A stretch of 64,000 nucleotides of DNA. Source: Octopus vulgaris (Eukaryota). The stretch is taken from positions 183,024,001-183,088,000 of the forward strand of contig OX597814.1 in the NCBI GenBank assembly GCA_951406725.2, given 5' to 3'. Shown one piece after another: positions 27,196 through 42,070 of the stretch. Below the pieces are notes generated by a model. The model saw only the letters and a list, made by a program, of their open reading frames with translations, did not search any database and was not told the DNA's origin. The translations under genes were made by a program, and so were the position numbers. How positions within the stretch are numbered: the stretch's first letter is position 1; each line of letters opens with the position of its first letter.

Positions 27196-27343
<148 letters not shown>

Positions 27344-27556
27344 GTATATATATATATAAATATATATGTATATATGTATATATATGAATATATATATTAC
27401 TTGGAATATAAACAAATATACTAAAAAGATTAATGCAAATAAGAACATATAGATATGCTCACATAAACCATTTTTATCTACAAATTAAATCTCTACATTT
27501 AAGTGTTTTAGTAAGTTTGTGACAGTAAACCATATATATATATATACACATACACA

Positions 27557-27600
<44 letters not shown>

Positions 27601-28297
27601 CATACACACACACACATATACATATACATGTGTGCACGCAATCAGATATATACACACATACACCTGCGCATAGAATTAGCCCTACACCAACAGTTAATTA
27701 TATATGCCGTAGCCAACCAGCTTCGACTTCCAAATGGCAATGTATGTTTATCTCTGTCGATTGATATTTTTCAACTACTCTGTAAGCCATAATGATTGTA
27801 TGTCGTGACCGACAGTAATTGAAGAGACATTTTTTTTTCATTAATAATAGGACCGAATATTTTCGAAACCAATACTGTTACCATAATTTTATTCCATCTC
27901 GAAGCAATCAAACATTATATTATTTGTTTTTAGCTATATTTTGAGGGGAATTATTTGTATTAAATTGTGCTTCTCCTTCTTCACCACCACAATGCAAAAA
28001 AAAACAACAAAAAACAAAAACAAGTAAAAGACTGTAAAATGTTAGAAAGTAAAATAGATAAAAAATATATCTCAAAACGACAACAAAAAAAATGCGCCAG
28101 AAAATCTTTGGTGGAGAATATATTTTGTCGGAATGTACGTTAAATGAGTAGGCTTTTATACAATCTGTTTGTATGTATTTTTGCGAGAGAGTAATAAGTC
28201 TTGTGAACATGTCTTACAAAATGATTAATAGTTTTATGAATATAGATAGGAATTTAATTTTGAATCTCGTTACTTTGCAGTTATATTATTATTATCA

Positions 28298-28356
<59 letters not shown>

Positions 28357-28699
28357 GTGAATATCTTCATCATCATTCTTATTGCTGTTATTTAACGCCG
28401 AAGCTGAATGTGTTTTCGAGGCATCATGAAGTTGTACTCTTTCTTCCTTTTTAGAAGCCTATTTTTTTGTTGATTCAGTTGTTTTACTCCTGTTTGATTT
28501 AAACCAGAATCATAAAGGACCGATGAGCCATTTTGTTACTCGCTCTACCGAGCATAATTTCTTTAAAAAAAAAAGAAAATTTTTCCAAACAACTCCCATA
28601 AAATTTCGAATGCCATCATCATCTTTGTAATACTGTTACTAAGAGAGGACGGTTGGATAATGTGTAGAAGATGAAACAGTCTTTTGCAGTCGTCTCCCA

Positions 28700-29020
28700 T
28701 CATACAATACTACAGCCGTAGTAGTTCGTAAAAGTAGTTGCAGCAACATCAGTAGCAACAGTATTTGTTAAAACAGCAACACCACCAGCAGCGACAGCTG
28801 TAGAAGCAACAGCAGCAGCAACAGTAGCACTACGTCCACGACCACGACTACGACTACGACCACGACCACGAATACCACTACGACCACGACCACGAATGCC
28901 ACTACGACCACGACCACGACCGCTGCTACCACTACCACTATTACCACCCATCACCACCATGAAAAGCAAAAATGGCAACGACAATGATGTCCCCAACAAC
29001 AGCAGCTGTAACAACAGTGA
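28700..29020. repeat. degenerate tri-/hexanucleotide low-complexity tract (GCA, ACGACC)
   Basis: Direct reading; the RG-rich ORF is a repeat translation. Confidence 0.85.
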
Positions 29021-29370
29021 AAACTGAGAAACATATTTCTGCTGCCAAGATCACAAACGTGTTCATCTCACTAGAACCACGCCAACAGACTAGAGAAGAG
29101 AAAATTTACACTCAGTACACCACAATATTATTTGGACCATTCGGATAGAAAAACAATTTTGTACGGATGCTTATCAAGAGAAAATGGCACAAATTAGATC
29201 GTATGCCTTCAGATCAAGAAAGTTGGCAATTTCTAAATTTTTATTACGCCAACAATGCACATCATTTCATTCCTTGCGCTTAAGTTAGCATTTTATCTCC
29301 CATGGGAGATCTGACAGAAATAAAAACTTTTAAACAATGTGAAGAGGGTAATATACTGATAATTAAGTGT

Positions 29371-29454
<84 letters not shown>

Positions 29455-29512
29455 TCTCTCTCTTTTCGTATCTTATCTAAATTAACTATTGCTTAACCAT
29501 TTTTCTCACACC

Positions 29513-29560
29513 GTCTCCGATGAAGAAATATAATAAATATCCTGGAAACAGCTGTAAGAC
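29513..29560 (+). ncRNA. hammerhead motif (CCGAUGA core), inverted partner of 26325
   Basis: GTCT-CCGATGA-stem II (ATAT/ATAT)-G-GAAA-C-AGCT-G-TA-AGAC; palindromic ACAGCTGT stem III. Confidence 0.65.
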
Positions 29561-29665
29561 ATATTTATAAATGTTCTAAAATTTTCATAGCCTTGGTTTT
29601 TTTATCTCATTCTGAAATTTTTTATACACACACACACACACACTCACACACACACACACACACAT

Positions 29666-29699
<34 letters not shown>

Positions 29700-29917
29700 T
29701 TACATCTACATTTTAGGCCTTGGTAGGGTATAAAGATAGGATATTTCCAGAGAAGTATTCAGCCCGAGGTCTGGGCTATTAATACTGTCGGATCCCAGAC
29801 TAATACCGAAATTCTTCAAGTGTATAAAATCCTGGTTTTAGGATGGCAAAACAGTTGTATGAGTGTGGCGAATAATAAACTATAATCCAAATAATAAAAA
29901 GACAAAGAGAGTCAAAA

Positions 29918-29955
29918 CTATTGAAAAGGTTGCAAGACGCAACGAAAGTTTTATG
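29918..29955 (+). ncRNA. U3:A8-variant hammerhead motif
   Basis: CTA-TTGAAAA-G-GTTGC(AAGAC)GCAAC-GAAA-GTTT-TA; downstream flank matches 18600-18690. Confidence 0.6.
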
Positions 29956-30353
29956 AAAATAAAAATAAGAAAAAAGTAAAAATTTTACCGGTGAGTGTGT
30001 TATATTATAAGTCACAAAAAGAAAATGACTCTCCTCAGACACAACAAAAAAGGACAAACATCATATCTTTAGTGATTCGTTAAAATTGTTTCTGTATCAA
30101 CTCTGCTTGCAATGCGAGTTTACACAATATTCGCAGTGAAAATTTACGTAATGTTTGCGGTTTTAGATTTTAGAGGGGCATCTCATCAGACTTGCGTCAA
30201 AGGTGCACTCCTACATTGTGCGTTTTCAAGGAAGTAAAAAGTAAATAAAAAATAAAAATATGGTTAAGGGATGGATAATCAACATAGAGATCATGTGGGA
30301 TGGATGACGAGGAAGAAGAATACAAAGGAGAAAATAAGAAAAGAAACAAAGGG

Positions 30354-30407
<54 letters not shown>

Positions 30408-30623
30408 ATAAAATTTTTATAAGAATTTATCAAGTAGTCAGCGTGAAAAGCCTCATATGGGAAAAATTATTAATTATTCCTTTTAAATATATTTATTTAT
30501 ATTAAGGGCATTACTATACATCAATGCCTCACGCTACGAGGGACTCATTTAAGTCAAAACTACCATAATAAACACATTTTACCGAATGCACCTCTCGAAG
30601 TGAGCATCTTAAAAACGGATCCA

Positions 30624-30686
30624 GCCGCTGATCATGTGATTTCATTATTACTGCAAAAAATGCTCTTTTTAATCTTCAGTGCAGGC
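30624..30686 (-). ncRNA. type I hammerhead motif
   Basis: Minus strand GCCTGCA-CTGAAGA-stem II-GAAA-TC(ACAT)GA-TC-AGCGGC; homologue at 37672-37736. Confidence 0.6.
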
Positions 30687-30888
30687 ATAATCAAGACATA
30701 AAAAATGAACAAAAAAATCAACATACCAGACGAACATATATATAGATGGTAAAAAATAAGTTCAAAAGAGAACAATTCAATCTTTTTGAGAGGTCCAAAA
30801 AGAGTGAAAGAATAATTTTTAATAATGATTTATCATATTCATTAAAAAAAAAACACAGCCAGAGCAAGTAATAAAAATATGAAAATAG

Positions 30889-31714
30889 TAGTTGAAAAAT
30901 ATCGTTATATGTATATAAATATACCATTAACAATTATATAAAAATGGAGGAGAAAAAGATGCTGAATCAAAATTAGATTTAGTACAAAATAGATTCAATG
31001 CATAACAATTCCTTGTTAAGTTCTCTTTGTCTTTTTCTGTCTGTATGTACATTTTTACTTTAATATTGTAACTTTTTTCAAACATAGTCTTGCCTATCAC
31101 TTCTAGCTTCGTGTAAAATATATATACATATAATTTATTCGTTTTTCAATATTAATATGTATAGTGTTCAACTCTCTATGTTTTTTTCTGCTAGTCCACC
31201 TGTTACGTTATATACTACTATACGCACGTGACCCTGTTTATTATACTTTGTCTCGACCTGTTACAATTTTTTTTCAAACATACCCGTTAGCCTTTCATTC
31301 TTATTTTTATGTTATAGTTTACCGTACATATAGACGTGCATACACATTGATATGTCTTTCTTTCTCTTTCGTCTCTCTTACTATTATTATTACTGTTATT
31401 TTTACCCCATTTTACAACTTGCTTGTAAATATCCGATTTTTCCCCATTTGTATTCTCCCTTATTGTATCTTATTTTACTTTACTTTATTTTATTAAACCT
31501 TACAAAAATTCCTCATACTGATGAAAATGACAATGCAGAAACTTAATTATAATTACTATGGTTAAAAAATTTTTCTTACATATTTGTATTGTCCTTTGAA
31601 ATGTATGTATTGATTCCTAGTTTGTATTAAATGTAATTTTCATTCAACATCTTTTTCTCCTCCATTTTTCTATAATTGTTTATATGGTATACCTATAACG
31701 ATATTTTTCAACTA
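30889..31714. repeat. element with ~120-bp imperfect inverted ends and a decayed hammerhead-like core at 31514-31560
   Basis: TAGTTGAAAAATATCGTTATA...AAAAATGGAGGAGAAAAAGATG vs CATCTTTTTCTCCTCCATTTTT...TATAACGATATTTTTCAACTA; CATA-CTGATGA...GAAAC...TATG. Confidence 0.7.
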
Positions 31715-31952
31715 TATATATATATATATCATGGGATTTTGCTTTACAATGATGGCCACAATGCACTTCTTCGCCAACCCGTCGTAGGGACACCTATTTA
31801 CAGTTTAGTGGACTGGAGTAACAAGGAGAAATGAAGTGCTTTACTCTAGAATACGACGCACCACAGGCCTGGGAACTGAAACTTCGCTCTGGCAAACATT
31901 ATACTATAACTACTAGGACACGCGCCTTAACCTATGTATGCATACATATATA

Positions 31953-33178
31953 GAGGGTGCGTAAGGTATTTGAGGACATACCTCCTTTGGGTCATTTTTG
32001 CATTTTTTGCTAACTCTGTATAATCTTTGTTTCAGAAAATAATAATGGCAGACGCTCAGCTTACTCAAGAAATGCTGTTATAAAGGCTGAGCATTGCGAT
32101 TTAGAAATATCTCGACTTTTTAAAGTTGCCAAATATTTCGTCTACAAATATTGTAAGGAGCTAGAGACTGAAGATGGAAATGTATCATCAGTATCAAAGC
32201 ATAAAAAGCATTCTAAACCCTCTGAAATTATCAGAGTGCCTGAATGTATCCCACAGGTTCAACACACCACTGATTACAATCCCAGTGTATGCAATGAGAT
32301 CAATTGCAAAAGATATCCATGTGTCAGAAAGAACAGTCAGAAATGTTGTCCACGAAGACCTCAGATGATGATGAGGAAAGTTCAATTTGTCAGAAAAACA
32401 AAAGAAAATCACTACATCAGATCTAAAAGGCTTTTTAACCAACTGAAAAATCCAGCAGATTTGATTTGGTTTTTCTCAAATGAGAAAAACTTCCACCAAG
32501 ATCAAAAAGTTAACAGAAGAAATGACAGATGGTTATGTGCAGGCCCTTCTGAAGTTCCAAGTGTTATGCATACAAAATTTCCTGCAACTGTTATGGTTTT
32601 AGGTGTTGTCAGTAATGAAGGACATGTCATGCCTCCTTACTTCTTTCCTCAAGGACTTAAAGTTAACTCTGCTGCCTACATTGAGGTACTGGAAATACTT
32701 GTTAAGCACAAGATAGACAGTGTATGCAATGGAAGGCCATATGTTTTTCAGTAAGACTCTGCACTATCACACATGGTTCTAGTAAACCAGGAATGGATGG
32801 CTGAAAATTTTCGTGATCACATAACCCCTAACATTTGGCCTCCTAATTACCCAGATCTCAATCCATTGGACTATTACATGTGAAGCGTTGTTGAGAGAGA
32901 GAGGTCAATGAATATGTCCATAACACCAAAGATTCTTTGAAAGATGCCATAGTCAGAGTAATGCCCAAAATGAACCAGGACCACTTGATTCGAGCATGTA
33001 GATGATTTAGATCTCATATAGAAGCAGTTGTTGAAGCTGAATGTGGCTGAACATTTTAGAAAACAAGGTTTATTTTTATCCTCATAGCGCTTTTTGATAA
33101 ATAAAGTTATTATCTGTTATTATATATCTGTTTTTTCTTATATACATAAATCTGTCCTCAAATATCTTACACACCCTG
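31953..33178 (+). mobile_element. full-length defective maT (DD37D) Tc1/mariner transposon
   Basis: TIRs GAGGGTGCGTAAGGTATTTGAGGACA / TGTCCTCAAATATCTTACACACCCTG with TA flanks; FFSNEKNF..VMVLGVVS..YVFQ*DSALSH..WPPNYPDLNPLDYY with 37 residues between the last two Asp; stops and frameshifts. Confidence 0.93.
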
Positions 33179-33568
33179 TATATATGTATGTGTGTGCGTG
33201 TATGTGCACGCGTGAGTGTTTATTGGAACGATATTTGGAACGATATGTGAATGGGTGAAATAATTTAGTTTATTTTAATTTGAATGGAGAAATGAAAGCA
33301 ATAAGGAGAAAGACGTACAAAAATAAATGTAGACAACATTAATAGCACAGAAAGAAAATCTAAAAATGAAAGTAACAAAAGTGTTGCCTTAACATTATCA
33401 TAAATACGTGAGTATACATCTTCGAGTATTTGATTCAAAACATCCCATGTTATGAATTATGGAATTTCATTGAATAATATATTCCAAAATATCAATCACA
33501 CACTGTCCGTCTTTCTGTCTCTTTACATGTATACATCCAGCCATATATTCACACACACACACACGCAC

Positions 33569-33699
<131 letters not shown>

Positions 33700-34493
33700 C
33701 AAATACATGCATATACGTATATGCATGTGATGTATGTGGTGCATGTATGCATATGTGGGTATGTATATGTATGTGCTTGTGTGTAACGTGAACCGAATAC
33801 ATGCTCATATGTAGGCGCACTGTGAAGCATCTAAGCTGTTGAAATTTTACATAGAGGTACATATTTGTCGGAAGAAGGCTATAGGTTACAGAGCACTTCC
33901 TGAAATGTATTACTTTTAACACCAGTAAAAAAAAACAAATAAAAAAATAGTGTATGATTATATCGAAGCACTGCAATATACAGCAGATTACTGATTAAGA
34001 AGAATATTTAAATTAGAATAATTATGTAAATTAGTACAGAATTTTGCAAAATAAAATCAATAAAAACTAAGTGCTCCGAGGAAATTAAAAATATAATTTT
34101 AATTGTATTTTTGTTCATTTTTATGAAGATTAGGTTCAACCACCTTCTAAAAGGTTGGGAAGTGATATTTCCGAATGAATGAACGTTCCGGGACCAGTTG
34201 AAAATTGTCAGCATCTAATAGTAATACTACTACCTCGAATTATTTGCTCCAATTATTTAAATCTTAGGTTAAAATTCCTATAGATGTCAACTTTGCCTTT
34301 CCTTTTGCAATGGTCGAGCATAGAGCAGCAGCTAAAATTCCAGGGTCGATATAATGAACACTATTTACTCCATAAATGTGTTGCTTTGTGCGTATGATGC
34401 AAATGATAGGCAGTATTAGTATTAATAAACCCAAACAAGGGCGGGCACATAAGCATTCACATGCACGAACGTACACGTACGCACACGCAGACG

Positions 34494-34539
<46 letters not shown>

Positions 34540-34589
34540 CACACAGAAACATGTATGCACATACTTACGCACTCAGCATTACACATAAA

Positions 34590-34792
34590 CATCAGGTCAT
34601 CCCATAAGTTCTGTCCGAATTTTTAATAAAACAAGTGATCAAATGTTTAATTGAAATTTAATCATCAATGTACTTTCCCTGATTATCTATGACTTCCTTC
34701 CATCTATTTACAAGCTTTTTAATTCCATCAATGTAAACTCTTTGGTTTCAAAGCGAAGAACTCTGAAATGTCAGTTTCGACCTCCGCCTGGC
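34590..34792 (-). mobile_element. mariner 3' end fragment
   Basis: End ATCAGGTCATCCCATAAGTTCTGTCCG; minus strand EVETDISEFFA...YIDGIKKLVNRWKEVIDNQGKYIDD*. Confidence 0.8.
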
Positions 34793-34954
34793 AAAAAACA
34801 AAACAAAACAAAAAACTTTTGTCTGGTGATTTTGCCTGCTAAATTCAAAAATAAATATTCAGTTCTTCTCTATAAGGTCTAGTTTTCTGACTAAACCAGA
34901 TAGAGTAAGTATTTTATTCACACAAGAGGCATATAATACACACACACAGATAGA

Positions 34955-35533
<579 letters not shown>

Positions 35534-36378
35534 TTATCGAACAAAGAAAGACAAATATTCTACGCAAGCTATTTCATTAAAACTAAAACAGGAGAGAAAA
35601 CGCAACCGTCACAAAAGACACTTATTTAAAGTTTTGAACTGTAACGACTCTTTTAGGTGATTTGAAGCCCATCAAACTTATTATGTTTTAGTTATTAACG
35701 TCTCTCAATTAATCTGAGAAAGAAACGTGTTTTATGGACTACAGATTTTAATGAAACATGTTCATTGAAGTAATGAAATGGAGCCATTTCAATAACACAG
35801 TAAACTATTTCTTTCATGAAGGCGGCATCTAGGGCAAGATAAGACACTGTAATTGAGTCACTCTCATCTCTGAATAATATACATTCGAAAATTGTAAAGA
35901 AATAATTATGGCTATTAAAAAGAGAACACAATAACTGGAAACCAGGCATAATCAACGAATTGTTACTTTGTTGTTTTTTCTTTCTATAAAGTGTAGAAAA
36001 CGTAACAGAATTTCTTTTCACAATCTGCCTAAATAGTTCTCCATTTTAATTGCAGAAATGAAAGAAAATACAAAAAAGAATACGCGTGATCTCCTTTTGC
36101 ACGTTGATTTCAATGCGATGTGAGAATTTTAAAGGTTTATTAAAGTACATATGGCACTGCTAGAAATCATATTGATCTCATTTCATGATTTTGTGGTTGA
36201 GTCTAGTGATGTCTGAAAAGATGTGAATAGAATTTAGGCGCATGTCTATACAAAATCCCATTCGTCGTAGGAGAGGATATATTTTGTCTATGGATGTGTG
36301 TGTACATATATATATGTATATAATTGAAAAAATGTATGGGTGTGAGTGTGTGTGTGCATGTAAATATATATATATGAG

Positions 36379-36494
<116 letters not shown>

Positions 36495-36509
36495 TGAATA
36501 TTATTCTTT

Positions 36510-36658
36510 TACGTCTTATTTATTATTTTGCATATTACTTAATCATTGTTATATGTTTTATCTTATATTTAATCTTTCTATAATATGTAATTTTTCTAAA
36601 TGGTATAATTTAGTTTTTCACTATTGAATTGATAAAGGGTGTTTTTTTTCTAATTTAC
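36510..36658. repeat. AT-rich interspersed repeat, second copy at 38040-38185
   Basis: TTATTTATTATTTTGCA..TTACTTAATCAT..TTTTCTAAATGGTATAATTTA..TTTTTCTAATTTA in both, each next to TA repeats. Confidence 0.8.
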
Positions 36659-36790
36659 ACATATATAGCGTGTGTGTGTACGCACACACGAGCATCTGCG
36701 TAAGTATATGCATGTGAGTGTAGGCATGTTTATATATGTGTGTGTATGTGAATGCGCGTATATATCCGTATATGTGAGCGTGTGTGTATA

Positions 36791-37011
36791 CAGTAATCCT
36801 TCGCCATATCGCCATTCACCTATCACGGTTTATCATTTAAGCTTACGTCGATTCTTCCATGCTGTTGTTTGGCATTTATAATAAAACAAATTTATAGAAA
36901 TTATGAAAGTAATAAAAAAAAGATACAGTGCAGTACTGTTTCTACTTCGCAGATTTTCACCTATCGCGGGGTTTTTGGAACGTAACACACGCGATAATCG
37001 ATAGATTACTG
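36791..37011. mobile_element. Tigger/pogo-like MITE
   Basis: TA-CAGTAATCCTTCGCCATATCGC ... CGCGATAATCGATAGATTACTG-TA; CAGT termini with TA flanks. Confidence 0.75.
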
Positions 37012-37026
37012 TATACGTATATGTAT

Positions 37027-37235
37027 ACTCTTTTACTCTTTTACTTGTTTCAGTCATTTGACTGCGACCATGCTGGGGCACCGCCTTTAGTCGAGCAAAT
37101 CGACCCCGGGACTTATTCTTTGTAAGCCCAGTACTTATTCTATCGGTCTCTTTTGCCGAACCGCTAAGTGACGGGGACGTAAACACACCACCATCGGTTG
37201 TCAAGCAATGCTAGGGAACAAACACAGACACACAA

Positions 37236-37320
<85 letters not shown>

Positions 37321-37488
37321 CATATATACGACAGGCTTCTTTCAGTTTCCGTCTACCAAATCCACTCACAAGGCATTGGTCGGCCTGGGGCTATAGCAGA
37401 AGACACTTGCCCAAGATGCTACGCAGTGGGACTGAACCCGCAACCATGTGGTTGGTTAGCAAGCTACTTACCACACAGCCACTCCTGT
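37027..37488 (-). mobile_element. full-length SINE family A
   Basis: Complete head (CACACAGCCACTCCTG), internal (CA)n and tail. Confidence 0.92.
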
Positions 37489-37552
<64 letters not shown>

Positions 37553-37671
37553 ACATATATGTGTCTTCGTCTTTTGTTTTTCTGTAAATTTCAAACATAT
37601 ATACATATAATACAGTGTACCGAACGCGAGGGAATGCAACTCTTGAAGTGAACTATTAAAAACCGGATTCA

Positions 37672-37736
37672 GCCGCAAATCGTATATGATTTCATAGTTA
37701 GTGTACAAAATACACTTTCTTATCATTAGTGCAGGC
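37672..37736 (-). ncRNA. hammerhead motif, homologue of 30624
   Basis: Minus strand GCCTGCA-CTAATGA-stem II-GAAA-TC(ATATAC)GA-TT-TGCGGC; G5 mutated. Confidence 0.55.
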
Positions 37737-38199
37737 ATAATCAAGACACATAGCGTGAGGTATTTACGTGTAGCAATGCCCTTAATATAAATAAATATAT
37801 TTAATAAGAATAATTAATAATTTTTCCCTTATGAGATTTTTCCACGCTGACTGATAGACAAAGATTTTATCCTGTTTTAAAATTATATATATATATATTT
37901 TAAAACACCTTTTATCTTTAACTTGAAGAGTGGCTATATTTATATTGAAGTGATTTTACTACTACTACTATTATTTTTACTATTATCATTTCTTAAATAT
38001 AGCCACGAAACACGTGTCGTTATTCTACCAAATATATACGTTTTATTTATTATTTTGCACATTACTTAATCATCGTTATATGTTTTATCTTATATTTAAT
38101 CTTTCTATAATATGTAATTTTTCTAAATGGTATAATTTAATTTTTCATTAATGAATTGATAAAAGGTAGTTATTTTTCTAATTTATATATATATATATC

Positions 38200-38558
38200 T
38201 TGGAAGCGGTTACGATGAGGGTTCCGGTTGATCCGAATCAACGGAACAGCCTGCTCGTGAAATTAACGTGTAAGTGGCTGAGCACTCCAGACACGTGCAC
38301 CCTTAACGTAGTTCTCGGGGATATTCAGCGTGACACAGAGAGTGACAAGGCCGGCCCTTTGAAATACAGGTACAACAGAAACAGGAAGTAAGAGTGAGAG
38401 AAAGTTGTGGTGAAAGAGTACAGCAGGGATCACCACCATCCCCTGCCGGAGCGTCGTGGAGCTTTTAGGTGTTTTCACTCAATAAACACTCACAACGCCC
38501 GGTCTGGGAATCGAAACCGAGAGTCCGCTGCCCTAACCACTGGGCCATTGTGCCTCCA
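38200..38558 (-). mobile_element. SINE family C head fused to tail type 3
   Basis: Head CCCTAACCACTGGGCCATTGTGCCTCC; tail CTGCTCGTGAAATTAACGTG shared with family D copies. Confidence 0.85.
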
Positions 38559-38577
38559 CACATATATCTATATATAT

Positions 38578-39051
38578 ATAGAATGGTTGTATACTGTCAA
38601 TCTAACAAGAACGTGACAGTAGGGAGTACACCACCGCTGTATAGCCCTAGGAGGCATCGAACGCCTCCTGATAGCTTTGACACATTTTTTCCCTGTGTCC
38701 TTATATACATATACGAAGGGGAGACAAACACCCCCGGCTGCCGGAACTGCATCTAGGGACACCGTGTTTCAGGATCGTTGTCCTTCATCGGCCTAGAGTA
38801 GCAGACACCGGTCAGCCGGTGATATTTGCCTTGACTTCGTAATTGTATATATTTATATTCAGTGAAGTTTATTCACTGATTATCAAAATAAGAAATATTG
38901 AATTTCTAAATCTCTCGTAGAGACATGTACGGTGGTGGGGCGATAGAATGGTTGTATACTGTCAATCTAACAAGAACGTGACAGTAGGGGGTACACCACC
39001 GCTGTATAGCCCTAGGAGGCATCGAACGCCTCCTGATAGCTTTGACACATT
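38578..39051 (-). mobile_element. hammerhead-bearing element with 109-bp direct repeats 365 bp apart (retrozyme / Penelope pseudo-LTR-like)
   Basis: 38578-38686 equals 38943-39051 with one mismatch; hammerhead between them; TA tract on the left. Confidence 0.7.
38734..38819 (-). ncRNA. type I hammerhead ribozyme with extended bulged stem I
   Basis: Minus strand CCGGCTG-A-CCGG-TGT-CTGC-TAC-TCTAGG-CCGATGA-AGGA(CAACGA)TCCT-GAAA-CAC(G)GTG-TC-CCTAGA-T-GCAG-TT-CCGG-CAGCCGG; GUC cleavage triplet. Confidence 0.85.
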
Positions 39052-39142
39052 GTTTTCGTTTCAGCACACGATCTCAGATCAAATCACTTGCTATGCGAGT
39101 ACATCTCCGTAAATATATATTATTATAATGATAAATCTCAGA

Positions 39143-39222
<80 letters not shown>

Positions 39223-39223
<1 letters not shown>

Positions 39224-39525
39224 GAGGTGCATTGGCCCAGTGGTTAGGGCAGCGGACTCGCGGTCGTAGGATCGCGGTTTCGATTCCCAGACCGGGCGTT
39301 GTGAGTGTTTATTGAGCGAAAACACCTAAAAGCTCCACGAGGCTCCGGCAGGGGGGGTGATCCCTGCTGTACTCTTTCACCACTCTTTCTCTCACTCTTT
39401 CGTCTGTTAGCCTGCTCGCTTAGCCTGCGGGGTGGCGTCATTCGAAGGCTAAAACAATGCGAACGCATTGTGACCAGCGATGTGTAACTACATCTGATGG
39501 ACTAGTCGGTCACGTGATCACGTGA
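39223..39525 (+). mobile_element. SINE family C, tail type 1
   Basis: Same head and tail as 2738-3038, ending CACGTGATCACGTGA. Confidence 0.88.
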
Positions 39526-39714
39526 TATATATATATATATATTATATTTTCTGAAATTTGATTTAGTATTTCAAAGTGAATTTTTCCCTATAAGTTTCAA
39601 ATAATGTTCCCTTATATTATTATTATTATTATTGTTATTCTTCTTCTTCTTCTTCTTCTTCTTCTTCTTCTTCTTCTTCTTCTTCTTCTTCTTCTTCTTC
39701 TTCTTCTTCTTCTT

Positions 39715-39786
<72 letters not shown>

Positions 39787-40906
39787 TATGTGTATGTATG
39801 TATGTATGTATGTGTCTACCTAACACTATATCAGTATCTATCTATCTACGCATACATACGTACATACATGCATACATACATACATACATACATACATACA
39901 TACATACAATGCATACATAGTTGCCTGTGTGTGTTTTTGTGTACATGTGTTTCTGTACAATTATGTTTGTTTTTTTTTCTATAAAAGTTCAAGAACTTCT
40001 TAAATTTAATAATAAGAGATTTCCAGTTTTCCATTTATTATCTTTCGATCGAATTTTATTGAATCAAATGATACACCTCGAAAATTACGTTTTTCTCTCG
40101 CAATATGCTTCCTTTCCAAACAACACGAAATAAACTCGCCTTTACAGCAATAAAATACACAACGTCTCAGCATAAAACAAGCTGTTTTTCAAACTGCAAC
40201 GTCAACAATTTTGCTTTTCTATATTCTATATTCGACTCTATCTCAAACATCGCTTCAATTTACAACCCTCGCAATACTGAACGAATAAGATTTAGGTCTC
40301 TAAGTCACTGGCTTCGTCCTTTCAGATGATGGTAAAATAAACTATCGCCTCTGATAATCAAACACTACAAATATGAGGCGTTATATGTGACATTATTTTA
40401 ATAGAAGGTCAAAATTGTTTATGAGAGATCCACCTGAAACTACTGATATATCAAAGAAACTAAAGCAATAACAAAGAGAATAAATAAACTACTGTAGCTT
40501 TAAACCCAACATAAAAGCTCTTATTTCTTGGCAAGTAGTCACAATATTAGTCTCATATATTTGACATATATTCGCGTACATCTCTGTCAGGACATTATTT
40601 TGTGCATATAGAGGAGGGCATGGCTATTTGGTTAAGAAACTTGCTTTACAACTATGTTGTTTTGGGTTCTGTTCCATTGCATCACACTTTGGACTAATGT
40701 TATGTAGACTAACTCCGAGCCGGTAAATGCATTGCGTGTAGATTTGAAAGACAGAAACTGTGTGGAAACCCGTCGTGTATATATATATAATCAGCCGAAA
40801 TTGCGAGGATGATCCGGTTCTTGACTGAAGATTAAAGGCTTCGAATGACCCGTCCGTGTTTTTTGTAACGTCTTCTGGATGTTTTGCGTTCTTGTCCCAT
40901 TTTGTA

Positions 40907-40937
<31 letters not shown>

Positions 40938-40955
40938 CAATATTATGGAGTAAAT

Positions 40956-40997
<42 letters not shown>

Positions 40998-41080
40998 GAA
41001 TAAGGGTAGAAATTGATATTAATCAATTAAAACCAGTGGCCTAGCATATTAAAAAATCGGAAGACTAAAATATTTTTTAC

Positions 41081-41341
41081 ATACAAAATTTAAAGGACTG
41101 ACCACTAAACGTGGACAGTCAATATGTTAGATATAGACGTCAAAATCGCTATTTTTCACGAAGAATGTGTTCTCAAGAAAAATATCAGCAAAAAACCATA
41201 GTGTAAAAAATAAGCAAGACAAATGAAAATATACGAAATAAAAAAAAAACTATTACCTATGTACTTCGTGGAAAATAGCGATTTTGACGTCTATATCTAG
41301 CATATTGACTGTCCACTTTTAGTGGTCAGTCCTTTAAATTT

Positions 41342-41346
<5 letters not shown>
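41081..41346. repeat. fold-back with ~83-bp inverted arms abutting (TA)n
   Basis: 41081-41163 is the near-perfect reverse complement of 41264-41346. Confidence 0.9.
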
Positions 41347-41392
<46 letters not shown>

Positions 41393-41662
41393 ATGTGTGT
41401 GTGTATGCATGTGTGTGTGTCTTTGTATTTGTGTTTGACCCTCCATCGCACCACTTGATAACCGGTGTTGATTTATTTATGTATCCGTTATCCTAGCAGT
41501 TAGGAACCAAGTCCGATAGAAGTACACGACTTAAAATATGGACATTTGTTCGAATTGTTCGATTAAACCTTTCAAAGCAGTGCTCCAGCATGGGCGCAGC
41601 TCGGTGACTGAAGCAAGTAAAAGATAAAAGGAATATACGAGTTTCATAAACATTTTATAAAC

Positions 41663-42070
41663 ATAGGCGCAGGAGTGGCTGTGTGGTAAGTAGCTTGTTT
41701 ACCAATGGTTCCGGGTTCAGTCCCACTGCGTGGCACCTTGGGCAAGTGTCTTCTACTATAGCCTCGGGCCAACCAATGCCTTGTGAGTGCATTTGGTAGA
41801 CGGAAACTGAAAGAAGCCTGTCGTATATATGTATATATGTATGTATGCGTGTGTGTGTTTGTGTGTCTGTGTTTGTCCCTCTAGCATTGCTTGACAACCG
41901 ATGCTGGTGTGTTTACGTCCCCGTCACTTAGCGGTTCGGCAAAAGAGACCGATAGAATAAGTACTGGGCTTACAAAAGAATAAGTCCCGGGGTCGAGTTG
42001 CTCGATTAAAGGCGGTGCTCCAGCATGGCCGTAGTCAAATGACTGAAACAAGTAAAAGAGTGAAAGAGTA
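41663..42070 (+). mobile_element. full-length SINE family A
   Basis: ATAGGCGCAGGAGTGGCTGTGTGGTAAGTAGC...GACTGAAACAAGTAAAAGAG. Confidence 0.92.
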
